A stretch of 64,000 nt of DNA. Origin: Candidatus Omnitrophota bacterium (GTDB taxonomy: Bacteria; Omnitrophota; Gorgyraeia; JABMRN01; RBG-13-46-9). Of this stretch, positions 28,814-38,015 are shown one piece after another (the first letter of the stretch is position 1; every line of letters begins with the position of its first letter). A program made the position numbers and the translations under genes. Below the pieces are notes generated by a model. It was not told where the DNA came from. It ran no database searches and worked only from the letters and a program-made list of their open reading frames with translations. The stretch covers positions 77,079 through 141,078 of the forward strand of contig JABMQJ010000020.1 in NCBI GenBank assembly GCA_013203315.1, given 5' to 3'.

Positions 28814-28831
28814 GCCTGCTGGTCGGCAGGC
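28814..28831 (-). promoter_or_regulatory. Hairpin GCCUGC-N6-GCAGGC abutting the rpmI Shine-Dalgarno; candidate L20 autoregulatory leader element
   Basis: Perfect 6-bp GC-rich inverted repeat, followed on the mRNA by AGGGAG-UAAAAA-AUG (rpmI). In the infC-rpmI-rplT operon, L20 represses at a structured site upstream of rpmI. Confidence 0.3.
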
Positions 28832-28892
28832 TTTTTTATCGTTACACCTCCCGGACACTAGTGCCCGGGTGGCTATCTAATGGTTGACCCTA

Positions 28893-29357
28893 TTATTTTT
28901 TCGATCCGAACGCCATTGTCATCACGCGGCCGTCAAGATATGGGCGTTTTTCCGCTTCGCCGAAGTCGGCTGCGTCTTTTATAAGCCGATTCAGGATATT
29001 TCTTCCCAGGTCGACGTGCTGCATTTGTCTTCCCCGAAAACGCATAGTAATTTTTACCTTGTCGCCCCTCTTTAAAAAGCGTTCCAATTGATGGAACTTC
29101 ACCTGGTAATCATGCTCTTCGATCTTGGGACCGATTTTCAGTTCCTTAAAGTGCGTTACGTGCTGCTTCTTCTTGGCTTCCCTTTCCCGTTTTTCCTGTT
29201 CATATTTAAATTTGGGATAATCCATGATTCTGCAAACAGGCGGGGTCACGGTGGGCGCCACTTCTACTAAATCAAACCCGGATTCCTGGGCTATCTTCAT
29301 GGCATCTCTTGTGTCCACTACGCCGTATTGCTTTCCGTCTTCGCCGATAAGCCGCAC
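28893..29357 (-). CDS. infC: Translation initiation factor IF-3 (N-terminus uncertain; probably a non-AUG start upstream of the listed GTG)
   Basis: VRLIGEDGKQYGVVDTRDAMKIAQESGFDLVEVAP... The frame stays open upstream (KKFIRVNRFIRAQS) toward an AGGAGG at ~29410 with in-frame ATC/ATA candidates. infC classically starts with AUU/AUA. Confidence 0.85.
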   Translation of the reverse strand: MRLIGEDGKQYGVVDTRDAMKIAQESGFDLVEVAPTVTPPVCRIMDYPKFKYEQEKREREAKKKQHVTHFKELKIGPKIEEHDYQVKFHQLERFLKRGDKVKITMRFRGRQMQHVDLGRNILNRLIKDAADFGEAEKRPYLDGRVMTMAFGSKK

Positions 29358-29419
29358 GCTTTGCGCTCTTATGAACCTGTTTACTCTGATAAACTTCTTC
29401 GTAAAAAACCTCCTTTTTG

Positions 29420-31138
29420 TTACGTTTTTTTATTCTTTATTTCTTCTTCGATTATACTTAAAAATTTCTCCACCGGCATTTCGCCGATATTGCCCTTGGA
29501 TTTAGAGCGCAGTGATACTTTATCGTCTTTTGCTTCTCTTTCGCCTACTATGGCAAGATACGGGATTTTTTCTAATTCGCGTTCCCGTATTTTTTTCTGC
29601 ATTTTTTCGTCACGGGTATCCGTTATCGCGCGCATATCTTTCTCTGCCATGAGCCTTGTGAGATTTTCGGCGTAATCATTTTGTTTGCTTGTAATCGGAA
29701 TTACCGCGACCTGCACGGGTGCCAACCAAAGCGGAAAATTACCCGCGTAGTGCTCTATAAGCGCTCCGAGAAATCTTTCCATGCTTCCTAAGATAACCCT
29801 GTGGAGCATTATCGGTTTTTCTTCTTTTCCGTCTTTTGAGGTATATTTTAGCTTAAACCTTTCCGGAAGCGCGAAATCACATTGAATCGTGGCGCATTGC
29901 CACTCGCGTCCGAGGGCGTCTTTTAGCTTTATATCTATCTTCGGGCCGTAAAAAGCGCCTTCTCCTTCGTTTATTTCAAATGGAATTTTTTTGTTCTTCA
30001 GTGTATTTTTTAGAGCCTCTGTCGCTTCTTTCCATTCTTCGTCTGCACCTATTGACTCCTTAGGCCTTGTGCTAAGTTCTACCGTATATTTATCAAATCC
30101 AAAAACTTTAAGCGTTTCCTTAACAAAATCTATAATACCTACGACTTCTTCTTCTATTTGTTCTTTAAGGCAAAATATATGCGCGTCGTCCTGCGTAAAC
30201 CCCCTAACCCTGAGAAGTCCGTGCAAGACTCCGGATTTTTCGTGTCTGTAGACCGAGCCAAGCTCAAAAAGCCGGAAGGGCAGATCTCTGTAGCTTCTTT
30301 TATGAGATTTGTAAACCAAAATGTGGCCCGGGCAATTCATTGGTTTTACGGCAAATTCCTTGTTTTCTATTTTGAAAATATACATGTTTTCCTTGTAGTA
30401 TTCGTAATGGCCCGATTGAACCCATATATCACTTTTTAAAATATGAGGGCTTATGACCGGTTGATACCCGCGCTTTATGTGTTCGCGCTTTATGTAGTCT
30501 TCGATGATTGTCCGTAAAATGGCTCCCTTAGGATGGTACAGAACCAGCCCTGCCCCCATTTCCGCATTAAAACTGAAAAGATCTAATTTCTTTCCGAGGA
30601 TACGGTGATCCCGTTTTTTCGCTTCTTCTATTATTTTTAGAAACTTATCAAGTTCCGGTTTGTTTTCGAAAGCGGTTCCATAAATTCTCTGGAGCATTGG
30701 GTTTGTCTCGATGCCGCGCCAGTAAGCCCCGGCTACCGAGAGAAGCTTGAAAACCTTAACATCGCCTGTGCGCGCGACATGGGGCCCTTTACATAAATCT
30801 ACGAAATTTCCGTGCCTGTAAACAGAAACAGAGACGCCTTTTAGGCCTTCGATTAATTCAAGTTTATATTTTTCCCCGAGTTTAGTGAAAAGACTTTTGG
30901 CTTCTTTCTTCGGGATTTCTTGGCGTGCGAATTCGGAATTTTCTTTGACGATTTTTTTCATTTCCTGTTCAATTTTGGCAAGGTCCTCCGGCTTGATCGG
31001 CTCATCTATGTCAAAGTCATAGTAGAACCCGTCGCTAATAGCGGGGCCTATCCCTAACTTTGCCTTAGGGTAAAGCCTCTTAACCGCTTCAGCCATTATG
31101 TGCGATACGCTATGTCGTAATGCTTCTATTTTATCCAT
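29420..31138 (-). CDS. thrS: Threonyl-tRNA synthetase (lacks the N-terminal TGS domain)
   Basis: 572 aa. Starts directly in the N2 editing-domain region (RHSVSHIMAEAVKRLYPKAKLGIGPAISDGFYYDFD). Class II core and anticodon-binding domain present. Confidence 0.9.
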   Translation of the reverse strand: MDKIEALRHSVSHIMAEAVKRLYPKAKLGIGPAISDGFYYDFDIDEPIKPEDLAKIEQEMKKIVKENSEFARQEIPKKEAKSLFTKLGEKYKLELIEGLKGVSVSVYRHGNFVDLCKGPHVARTGDVKVFKLLSVAGAYWRGIETNPMLQRIYGTAFENKPELDKFLKIIEEAKKRDHRILGKKLDLFSFNAEMGAGLVLYHPKGAILRTIIEDYIKREHIKRGYQPVISPHILKSDIWVQSGHYEYYKENMYIFKIENKEFAVKPMNCPGHILVYKSHKRSYRDLPFRLFELGSVYRHEKSGVLHGLLRVRGFTQDDAHIFCLKEQIEEEVVGIIDFVKETLKVFGFDKYTVELSTRPKESIGADEEWKEATEALKNTLKNKKIPFEINEGEGAFYGPKIDIKLKDALGREWQCATIQCDFALPERFKLKYTSKDGKEEKPIMLHRVILGSMERFLGALIEHYAGNFPLWLAPVQVAVIPITSKQNDYAENLTRLMAEKDMRAITDTRDEKMQKKIRERELEKIPYLAIVGEREAKDDKVSLRSKSKGNIGEMPVEKFLSIIEEEIKNKKT

Positions 31139-31154
31139 ATCTCTCGTTTTAAAG

Positions 31155-31240
31155 TGCCGGAGGCCGGACTCGAACCGGCACGGCCCTTACGGACCACAAG
31201 ATTTTAAGTCTTGGGCGTCTGCCAATTCCGCCACTCCGGC
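31155..31240 (-). tRNA. tRNA-Leu (anticodon UAA), CCA not encoded
   Basis: 86 nt. GCCGGAGTGGCGGAATTGGCAGACGCCCAAGACTTAAAATCTTGTGGTCCGTAAGGGCCGTGCCGGTTCGAGTCCGGCCTCCGGCA. Long variable arm, anticodon stem CAAGA/TCTTG, loop CTTAAAA. Confidence 0.8.
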
Positions 31241-31278
31241 AAAACAAATTGCTCTGCAGCAAAGTTAATCTGCCCCTC

Positions 31279-31319
31279 GGAATCGCAAATCCTCCCATAG
31301 GTAGGATTTGCGATATTCC
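31279..31319 (-). other. ~15-bp near-perfect hairpin in the spacer between tRNA-Leu and tRNA-Val (processing or structural element)
   Basis: GGAATCGCAAATCCT-cccataggt-AGGATTTGCGATATTCC, with one bulged A. Confidence 0.3.
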
Positions 31320-31346
31320 TCGGGACAAATTTTGCTTCACAAAATC

Positions 31347-31423
31347 TGGTGGGCGCAATAGGAGTCGAACCTATGACCTCCACGATGTCAACGTGGCGCG
31401 CTAACCAACTGCGCCATGCGCCC
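31347..31423 (-). tRNA. tRNA-Val (anticodon GAC)
   Basis: 77 nt. GGGCGCATGGCGCAGTTGGTTAGCGCGCCACGTTGACATCGTGGAGGTCATAGGTTCGACTCCTATTGCGCCCACCA. Anticodon stem CCACG/CGTGG, loop TTGACAT. Confidence 0.85.
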
Positions 31424-31428
31424 GAAAG

Positions 31429-31499
31429 AGGCGCGAACCGGAATCGCACCGGTGTACAAGGTTTTGCAGACCTCTGCCTAACTACTCGGCCATCGCGCC
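31429..31499 (-). tRNA. tRNA-Cys (anticodon GCA), CCA not encoded, atypical T-loop
   Basis: 71 nt. GGCGCGATGGCCGAGTAGTTAGGCAGAGGTCTGCAAAACCTTGTACACCGGTGCGATTCCGGTTCGCGCCT. Acceptor GGCGCGA/TCGCGCC, anticodon loop CTGCAAA. The T-loop TGCGATT deviates from TTCGAAT, which lowers confidence. Confidence 0.7.
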
Positions 31500-31509
31500 A
31501 GTAACTTTT

Positions 31510-31944
31510 TTATTCCCAAACAACGTCGCCGCTTATATAAAGAACGTGTTTTCCGTTTTTGTGATTTTCCGTTTTGTCAAAGACGATTGTTTCACCGGAC
31601 GGCGATGAAATCGCATATCCCGTCGTATAGTGATAATCGGGTTCTTCGGCAGTTCCCGCGTGTTGGCCGGACGGGCAGTCCAAAATGCTTTCGTCCTCGA
31701 CATACCCGCCCTCCACAAGCTCACCTAGAGCCGATGGAAAGCTTCCTTCGTGTTCGCTGGCGTATAGCTTGAGGCCTAATCCGATTTTTTCGAGATTTTC
31801 CTCACAGTTTATGATTTTTGCCCGGGCCCTAATTTTCGCGATCACGGGCGTTAATAATGATATAAATATTGCTATGATTATAACAATAAATGCGAGTTCT
31901 GTAAGGGTAAATCCCTTCTTATGCGCTTTTGAAATCATGAGCAT
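31510..31944 (-). CDS. Prepilin-type N-terminal cleavage/methylation domain protein (pseudopilin, DUF1559-like C-terminus)
   Basis: KKGFTLTELAFIVIIIAIFISLL is a class III signal with the conserved Glu. The C-terminal HKNGKHVLYISGDVVWE resembles the ...DGHV motif of PVC/Omnitrophota pseudopilins. Confidence 0.7.
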   Translation of the reverse strand: MLMISKAHKKGFTLTELAFIVIIIAIFISLLTPVIAKIRARAKIINCEENLEKIGLGLKLYASEHEGSFPSALGELVEGGYVEDESILDCPSGQHAGTAEEPDYHYTTGYAISSPSGETIVFDKTENHKNGKHVLYISGDVVWE

Positions 31945-31945
31945 A

Positions 31946-32599
31946 TCAATTCGGAGTATAGCACAGCTCTTCTATCGTGTCAAGAATAGCACGTGCTATG
32001 CGTGTTTTTGATCGTTTCTGTAACTTCTTTCTACGTCCGAGCTTATCTAATAGATATACGGTCTTAGCCCCCTTGCCAAATGGCATGTTTTTACTGTCGG
32101 ATTTGTTGGCCACTATTAGGTCAAGGTGTTTTTTTCTTAGCTTAGCGAGCGCATTTGCTAAAAGATTCTCCGTTTCCAGAGAAAAACCGGTTATAATCTT
32201 ATTTTTTCGTTCTTTTTTTGTAATAGACTTTAAAATGTCCGGATTTTTGATTAATTTAAGTGCAATTTTAGCTTTTGATTTGATTTTATTCCTTGAAGCT
32301 ACTGGTGTTCTAAAATCCGAAACCGCGCTTGACATAATAAGAATGTCAGATTTTTTAAGTTCCGTGTGAACTTTTTTGCACAGTTGGCGCGTGGTTTCTA
32401 TTTGAATAAATTTTATACCGCTTGGGGCTTTAAAAATGCTCGGCCCGCTTATTAAAGTTACCTTATAGCCTCTTTTCCCGGCTTGCCTTGCCAATTCATA
32501 ACCCATGTATCCTGTGGAACGGTTAGATATAAAACGGACGGGATCGATAGGTTCGATAGTGGGGCCTGCTGTTATGAGTATCCGAGGGGATTTTCTCAC
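31946..32599 (-). CDS. coaB: Phosphopantothenate-cysteine ligase (CoaB), stand-alone
   Basis: 217 aa. ILITAGPTIEPIDPVRFISNRSTGYMGYELA is the CoaB/DFP C-terminal-domain signature. Its ATG overlaps the coaC stop as ATGA. Confidence 0.8.
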   Translation of the reverse strand: MRKSPRILITAGPTIEPIDPVRFISNRSTGYMGYELARQAGKRGYKVTLISGPSIFKAPSGIKFIQIETTRQLCKKVHTELKKSDILIMSSAVSDFRTPVASRNKIKSKAKIALKLIKNPDILKSITKKERKNKIITGFSLETENLLANALAKLRKKHLDLIVANKSDSKNMPFGKGAKTVYLLDKLGRRKKLQKRSKTRIARAILDTIEELCYTPN

Positions 32600-33135
32600 T
32601 TTAGGATCTTGTCTATCTCTTTTATTATCTGGCCAAGATCTGCGAGGTGGCCGATGCCCACGTAGCCGCAGGCGAGGTGGCCGCGTATTGGGTCTACGAA
32701 TTTATAGCCTATTTTTTTGAGCTCCCCAATATTTCTTTGCGTTATTTTGTGTTTATACATATTGTCATTCATGGCGGGAGCGATAAGAATAGGGCTTTCG
32801 GAAGAGATAACGGTACTCGTAAGAAGGTCGTCGCATATGCCTGATGCAAGGCGCCCGATAATGTTTGCGGTCGCCGGTGAGATCACGATTAAATCAGCTT
32901 TCTTGGCCAATGAAACATGGACTGCGTTACGTTTTTCGGGCAATTTGAACATGTCTCTATAGGTTTTATTTTCTGATAGTGTCTCAAGCGTAAGTGGCGT
33001 TATAAATTCTTCTGCCGCGCGCGTCATAACACATATAATATTGTGTCCTTTTTTCTTGAGGCGCGACACGAGGTCACATGCTTTATATGCGGCGATGCTG
33101 CCGGCGATCCCTACGATGATAGTCTTCTGTTTCAT
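32596..33135 (-). CDS. coaC: Phosphopantothenoylcysteine decarboxylase (CoaC flavoprotein), stand-alone
   Basis: 179 aa. TIIVGIAGSIAAYKACDLVSRLKKKGHNIICVMTRAA is the flavoprotein signature. Confidence 0.8.
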   Translation of the reverse strand: MKQKTIIVGIAGSIAAYKACDLVSRLKKKGHNIICVMTRAAEEFITPLTLETLSENKTYRDMFKLPEKRNAVHVSLAKKADLIVISPATANIIGRLASGICDDLLTSTVISSESPILIAPAMNDNMYKHKITQRNIGELKKIGYKFVDPIRGHLACGYVGIGHLADLGQIIKEIDKILK

Positions 33136-33138
33136 GAA

Positions 33139-33339
33139 TTATTTTTTCGTTTTATACTTTATTTTGTTTTCTATTATTTCCTTTAATGCTATGGATGTGA
33201 GCTTCGTATTCGGTTCAGCGTCAACGAGTTTTTCACTGCCGGCGCCTAATTCCAACGCCCTGCGGGCTGCGAGAATTACGAGCTTGTACACGCTTCCTTG
33301 TGAAACTTTCAGTAACTCTTCTATCGGCGTATAACTCAA
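33139..33339 (-). CDS. rpoZ: DNA-directed RNA polymerase omega subunit
   Basis: 66 aa. SVYKLVILAARRALEL. Confidence 0.8.
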   Translation of the reverse strand: MSYTPIEELLKVSQGSVYKLVILAARRALELGAGSEKLVDAEPNTKLTSIALKEIIENKIKYKTKK

Positions 33340-33359
33340 TTCATTCCTCCCTTGTTTTT

Positions 33360-33926
33360 TTATTCTGTTTTGCTTTCTTTTTTGATTATAGAGACCACTT
33401 TGAGAATAGCGTTTTCCAGCTTGTCGTTAGTAACTGCGTAGTTATATTTAGGCATAAATTTAAGTTCCGCTTTTGCTATTTTAAGACGCCTTGCGATTTC
33501 GCGGGGCTTATCCGTATTTCTGGAGGTAAGCCGCCGAGAAAGTTCTTTAAAAGAAGGTGGTCTTATAAAAATAAGGGTGCTCTCGGGAAATTTCTTTTTG
33601 ACCTGCATGGCGCCTTTTACGTCGATACTCAAAAGTAGATTTTTGCCTTTTTTTAATTCAGCTATAGCAAAGCGTTTCGGTGTACCATAAAAGTATCCGA
33701 AATTTTCTTCCCATTCAAGAAGCGATCCTTTTTTTATTTTTTCTTTAAAAGAACGCCGGGACACATAATAGTAATCCCTTTTATTTTTCTCACCCTTGCG
33801 CGGACGCCTGGTGGTCACGGAAACGGAAGGTGTCAGGCTTTTTACTTTTTTTAATACCTTTTTGCAGATGGTGGTTTTTCCGCTACCTGAAGGGGCTGAA
33901 ATGACGAATATCCGGCCGTTTTTCAT
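33360..33926 (-). CDS. gmk: Guanylate kinase
   Basis: 188 aa. P-loop GRIFVISAPSGSGKTT. Sits in the conserved yicC-gmk-rpoZ synteny. Confidence 0.9.
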   Translation of the reverse strand: MKNGRIFVISAPSGSGKTTICKKVLKKVKSLTPSVSVTTRRPRKGEKNKRDYYYVSRRSFKEKIKKGSLLEWEENFGYFYGTPKRFAIAELKKGKNLLLSIDVKGAMQVKKKFPESTLIFIRPPSFKELSRRLTSRNTDKPREIARRLKIAKAELKFMPKYNYAVTNDKLENAILKVVSIIKKESKTE

Positions 33927-34801
33927 TCGATATTCTTGAGCTGCTCTCTTATTTTTTCTATTTCCGTTTTTATTTCAATTGCGCCTTTGGAAATATTAAA
34001 GCCGCTCGACTTTGATCCTATAGTATTTATTTCTCTATGAAGTTCTTGAGCGATAAAATCCAGTTTTTTTCCGACTTCGCCCGGTTTTCTTATGGTTTTT
34101 GTAAAGTTGTGTAGGTGATTATCAAGCCTTGTTAACTCTTCGGTTATGTCGCTATTTTTTGCAAAAAGCGCCACCTCCACTTCAAGCCTGCCTTTGTCAA
34201 TAACATACCCCCCGGAAAGCTCTTTTATCCTGTCCTTTAATCTTTTTTTGTAATTTCGTACATTATGGGTAGCGTTTCTTTTGATGTCTAAAATAATTTT
34301 CTTTATTTTTTTTACCCTGCTGGTTAAATCCGCAAAAAGAAAACTGCCTTCTCTTTCTCTGTCCTCGACCAGCTTCCCAAGCGCTTCCCATGTAACTTCC
34401 TTTACCAAAGGCCAGAGTTTTGTTACATTTTTTTCCGTCAATTTACTGTTTATCACCCCGGGAAACGAGATAATGTCGGCTAGTTTCGGCTCGCCTTCAA
34501 CATCTAGTCTTTTTTTAAGGCCCCTTAATTTATTGCAGTAGGTTCTTGCCAGTTTCTCGTCTATAAGAATATCTGTATTTACTTCGTGCGGGGCATCGTG
34601 AACAAGGTTTAAATAAATTTTTCCTCTCCTGATTTTATTTTTAACGAGGGCCTTTACCCTGTCTTCAAAGACTCCCAGGCTATTGGGCAGTTTGGGGGTT
34701 ATTTCCAAAAATTTATGATTTAGCGTTCTCAGTTCGACTGCGAAGGCGTGTCCCTTTGTCTTGATCGCCGCTTTGCCGAAACCCGTCATTGATTTTATCA
34801 T
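33923..34801 (-). CDS. yicC: YicC/YloC-family protein (DUF1732)
   Basis: Start set at the Met of MIKSMTGFGKA (34801), immediately after the ndk stop. YicC_N and DUF1732 C-terminal region present. Confidence 0.8.
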   Translation of the reverse strand: MIKSMTGFGKAAIKTKGHAFAVELRTLNHKFLEITPKLPNSLGVFEDRVKALVKNKIRRGKIYLNLVHDAPHEVNTDILIDEKLARTYCNKLRGLKKRLDVEGEPKLADIISFPGVINSKLTEKNVTKLWPLVKEVTWEALGKLVEDREREGSFLFADLTSRVKKIKKIILDIKRNATHNVRNYKKRLKDRIKELSGGYVIDKGRLEVEVALFAKNSDITEELTRLDNHLHNFTKTIRKPGEVGKKLDFIAQELHREINTIGSKSSGFNISKGAIEIKTEIEKIREQLKNIE

Positions 34802-35295
34802 GCCCAGACCCACACTTCTTTGTCCGTCTTTGCCGTCTTCGTGGAATAGATATCCATTATTACTTCGTCGGGCTGGAACCAAAGCTTTATCTCCCGCTCC
34901 GCTTCTTTTCCGTTAGTAGAAGCGTGTATTACGTTTTCATAAACGCCTTTTGTCGTGATCCTGCCGTACTGGCCCCTTATGGAAACTGTGTCTGCCTCTT
35001 CGGGGTTGGTAGAACCGCAAATCTGGCGAACCTTTTTAATGGCATCCTCACCCCAATAAACAAGCGCCATGACCTTTTTCTTGTGGTAGTGGCCCATAAT
35101 ATACTTGATCAGCTCGTTAAAAAATGGCTTATCCTTCATCTCTTTGTAGTGCTCTTCGGCTAATTTCTTAGAAACACGCGCTATTTTAGCGGCAACTATG
35201 TCGAGCTTTGTCTCTGAAAGCCGCGTAAGAACGTTGCCGGTAAGCGATTTTTTAAGGCCGTCCGGTTTTATTAGAATTAGAGTTTGGTTTATCAT
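34798..35295 (-). CDS. ndk: Nucleoside diphosphate kinase
   Basis: 165 aa. TLILIKPDG, active-site His in NVIHASTN. Confidence 0.9.
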   Translation of the reverse strand: MINQTLILIKPDGLKKSLTGNVLTRLSETKLDIVAAKIARVSKKLAEEHYKEMKDKPFFNELIKYIMGHYHKKKVMALVYWGEDAIKKVRQICGSTNPEEADTVSIRGQYGRITTKGVYENVIHASTNGKEAEREIKLWFQPDEVIMDIYSTKTAKTDKEVWVWA

Positions 35296-35341
35296 ATTAT
35301 ATTAATATATGGGCTAATATATAGGCTCTTTATTTTAGCAC

Positions 35342-37337
<1,996 letters not shown>

Positions 37338-37349
37338 GTTATGCCCCCA

Positions 37350-38015
37350 TTAAATTATTACTATGAATTCTCCGCGCGGTTTTGTGTCGGAGAAATGCCG
37401 AAGCAGCACGCTCGCTTTGGCTCTTTTTGTTTCTTCGAACTTTTTTGTAAGCTCCCTCGCAAGGGCTATTTCCCTATCGTCCATTACATCCGCTATGTCG
37501 CCTAAAAGCTTTGTGATCCTGTGGCACGATTCGTATATGATGATTGTTCTTTTTTCATCCTTTAGTTTTTCGAGCTGTTTTCTTCTTTTTGCAGATTTGT
37601 TTGAGAGAAACCCTTCGAATATGAATTTATTAGTCGGCTTACCTGAAATTACTAGCGCCATAATAAGCGCTGCCGGGCCTGGAATCGCCGTAATGGTAAT
37701 ATTTTTTTCGATCGCACTCTTTATTAACACGGCACCCGGATCGGAAATGCCGGGCGTGCCCGCGTCCGACACAAGCGCTATTTTCTTGCCTTCTTCCAGA
37801 AGCGCTATAATTTTATCCTTTTTCTGCAATTTATTAAATGAGTAATAGCTGATGAGCGGCTTGTGGATATCATATCTATCCAAAAGAATTTTTGTGTGCC
37901 GCGTGTCTTCGGCTGCGATGGAATCAACTTCTTTTAGTATGCGCAGGGCGCGAAGAGTTATGTCTTCGAGATTACCTATAGGGGTGCTTACTATATACAG
38001 CGTGCCTTGTTTCAT
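37350..38015 (-). CDS. rsmI: 16S rRNA (cytidine1402-2'-O)-methyltransferase
   Basis: 221 aa. GTLYIVSTPIGNLEDITLRALRILKEVDSIAAEDTRHT. Confidence 0.85.
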   Translation of the reverse strand: MKQGTLYIVSTPIGNLEDITLRALRILKEVDSIAAEDTRHTKILLDRYDIHKPLISYYSFNKLQKKDKIIALLEEGKKIALVSDAGTPGISDPGAVLIKSAIEKNITITAIPGPAALIMALVISGKPTNKFIFEGFLSNKSAKRRKQLEKLKDEKRTIIIYESCHRITKLLGDIADVMDDREIALARELTKKFEETKRAKASVLLRHFSDTKPRGEFIVII

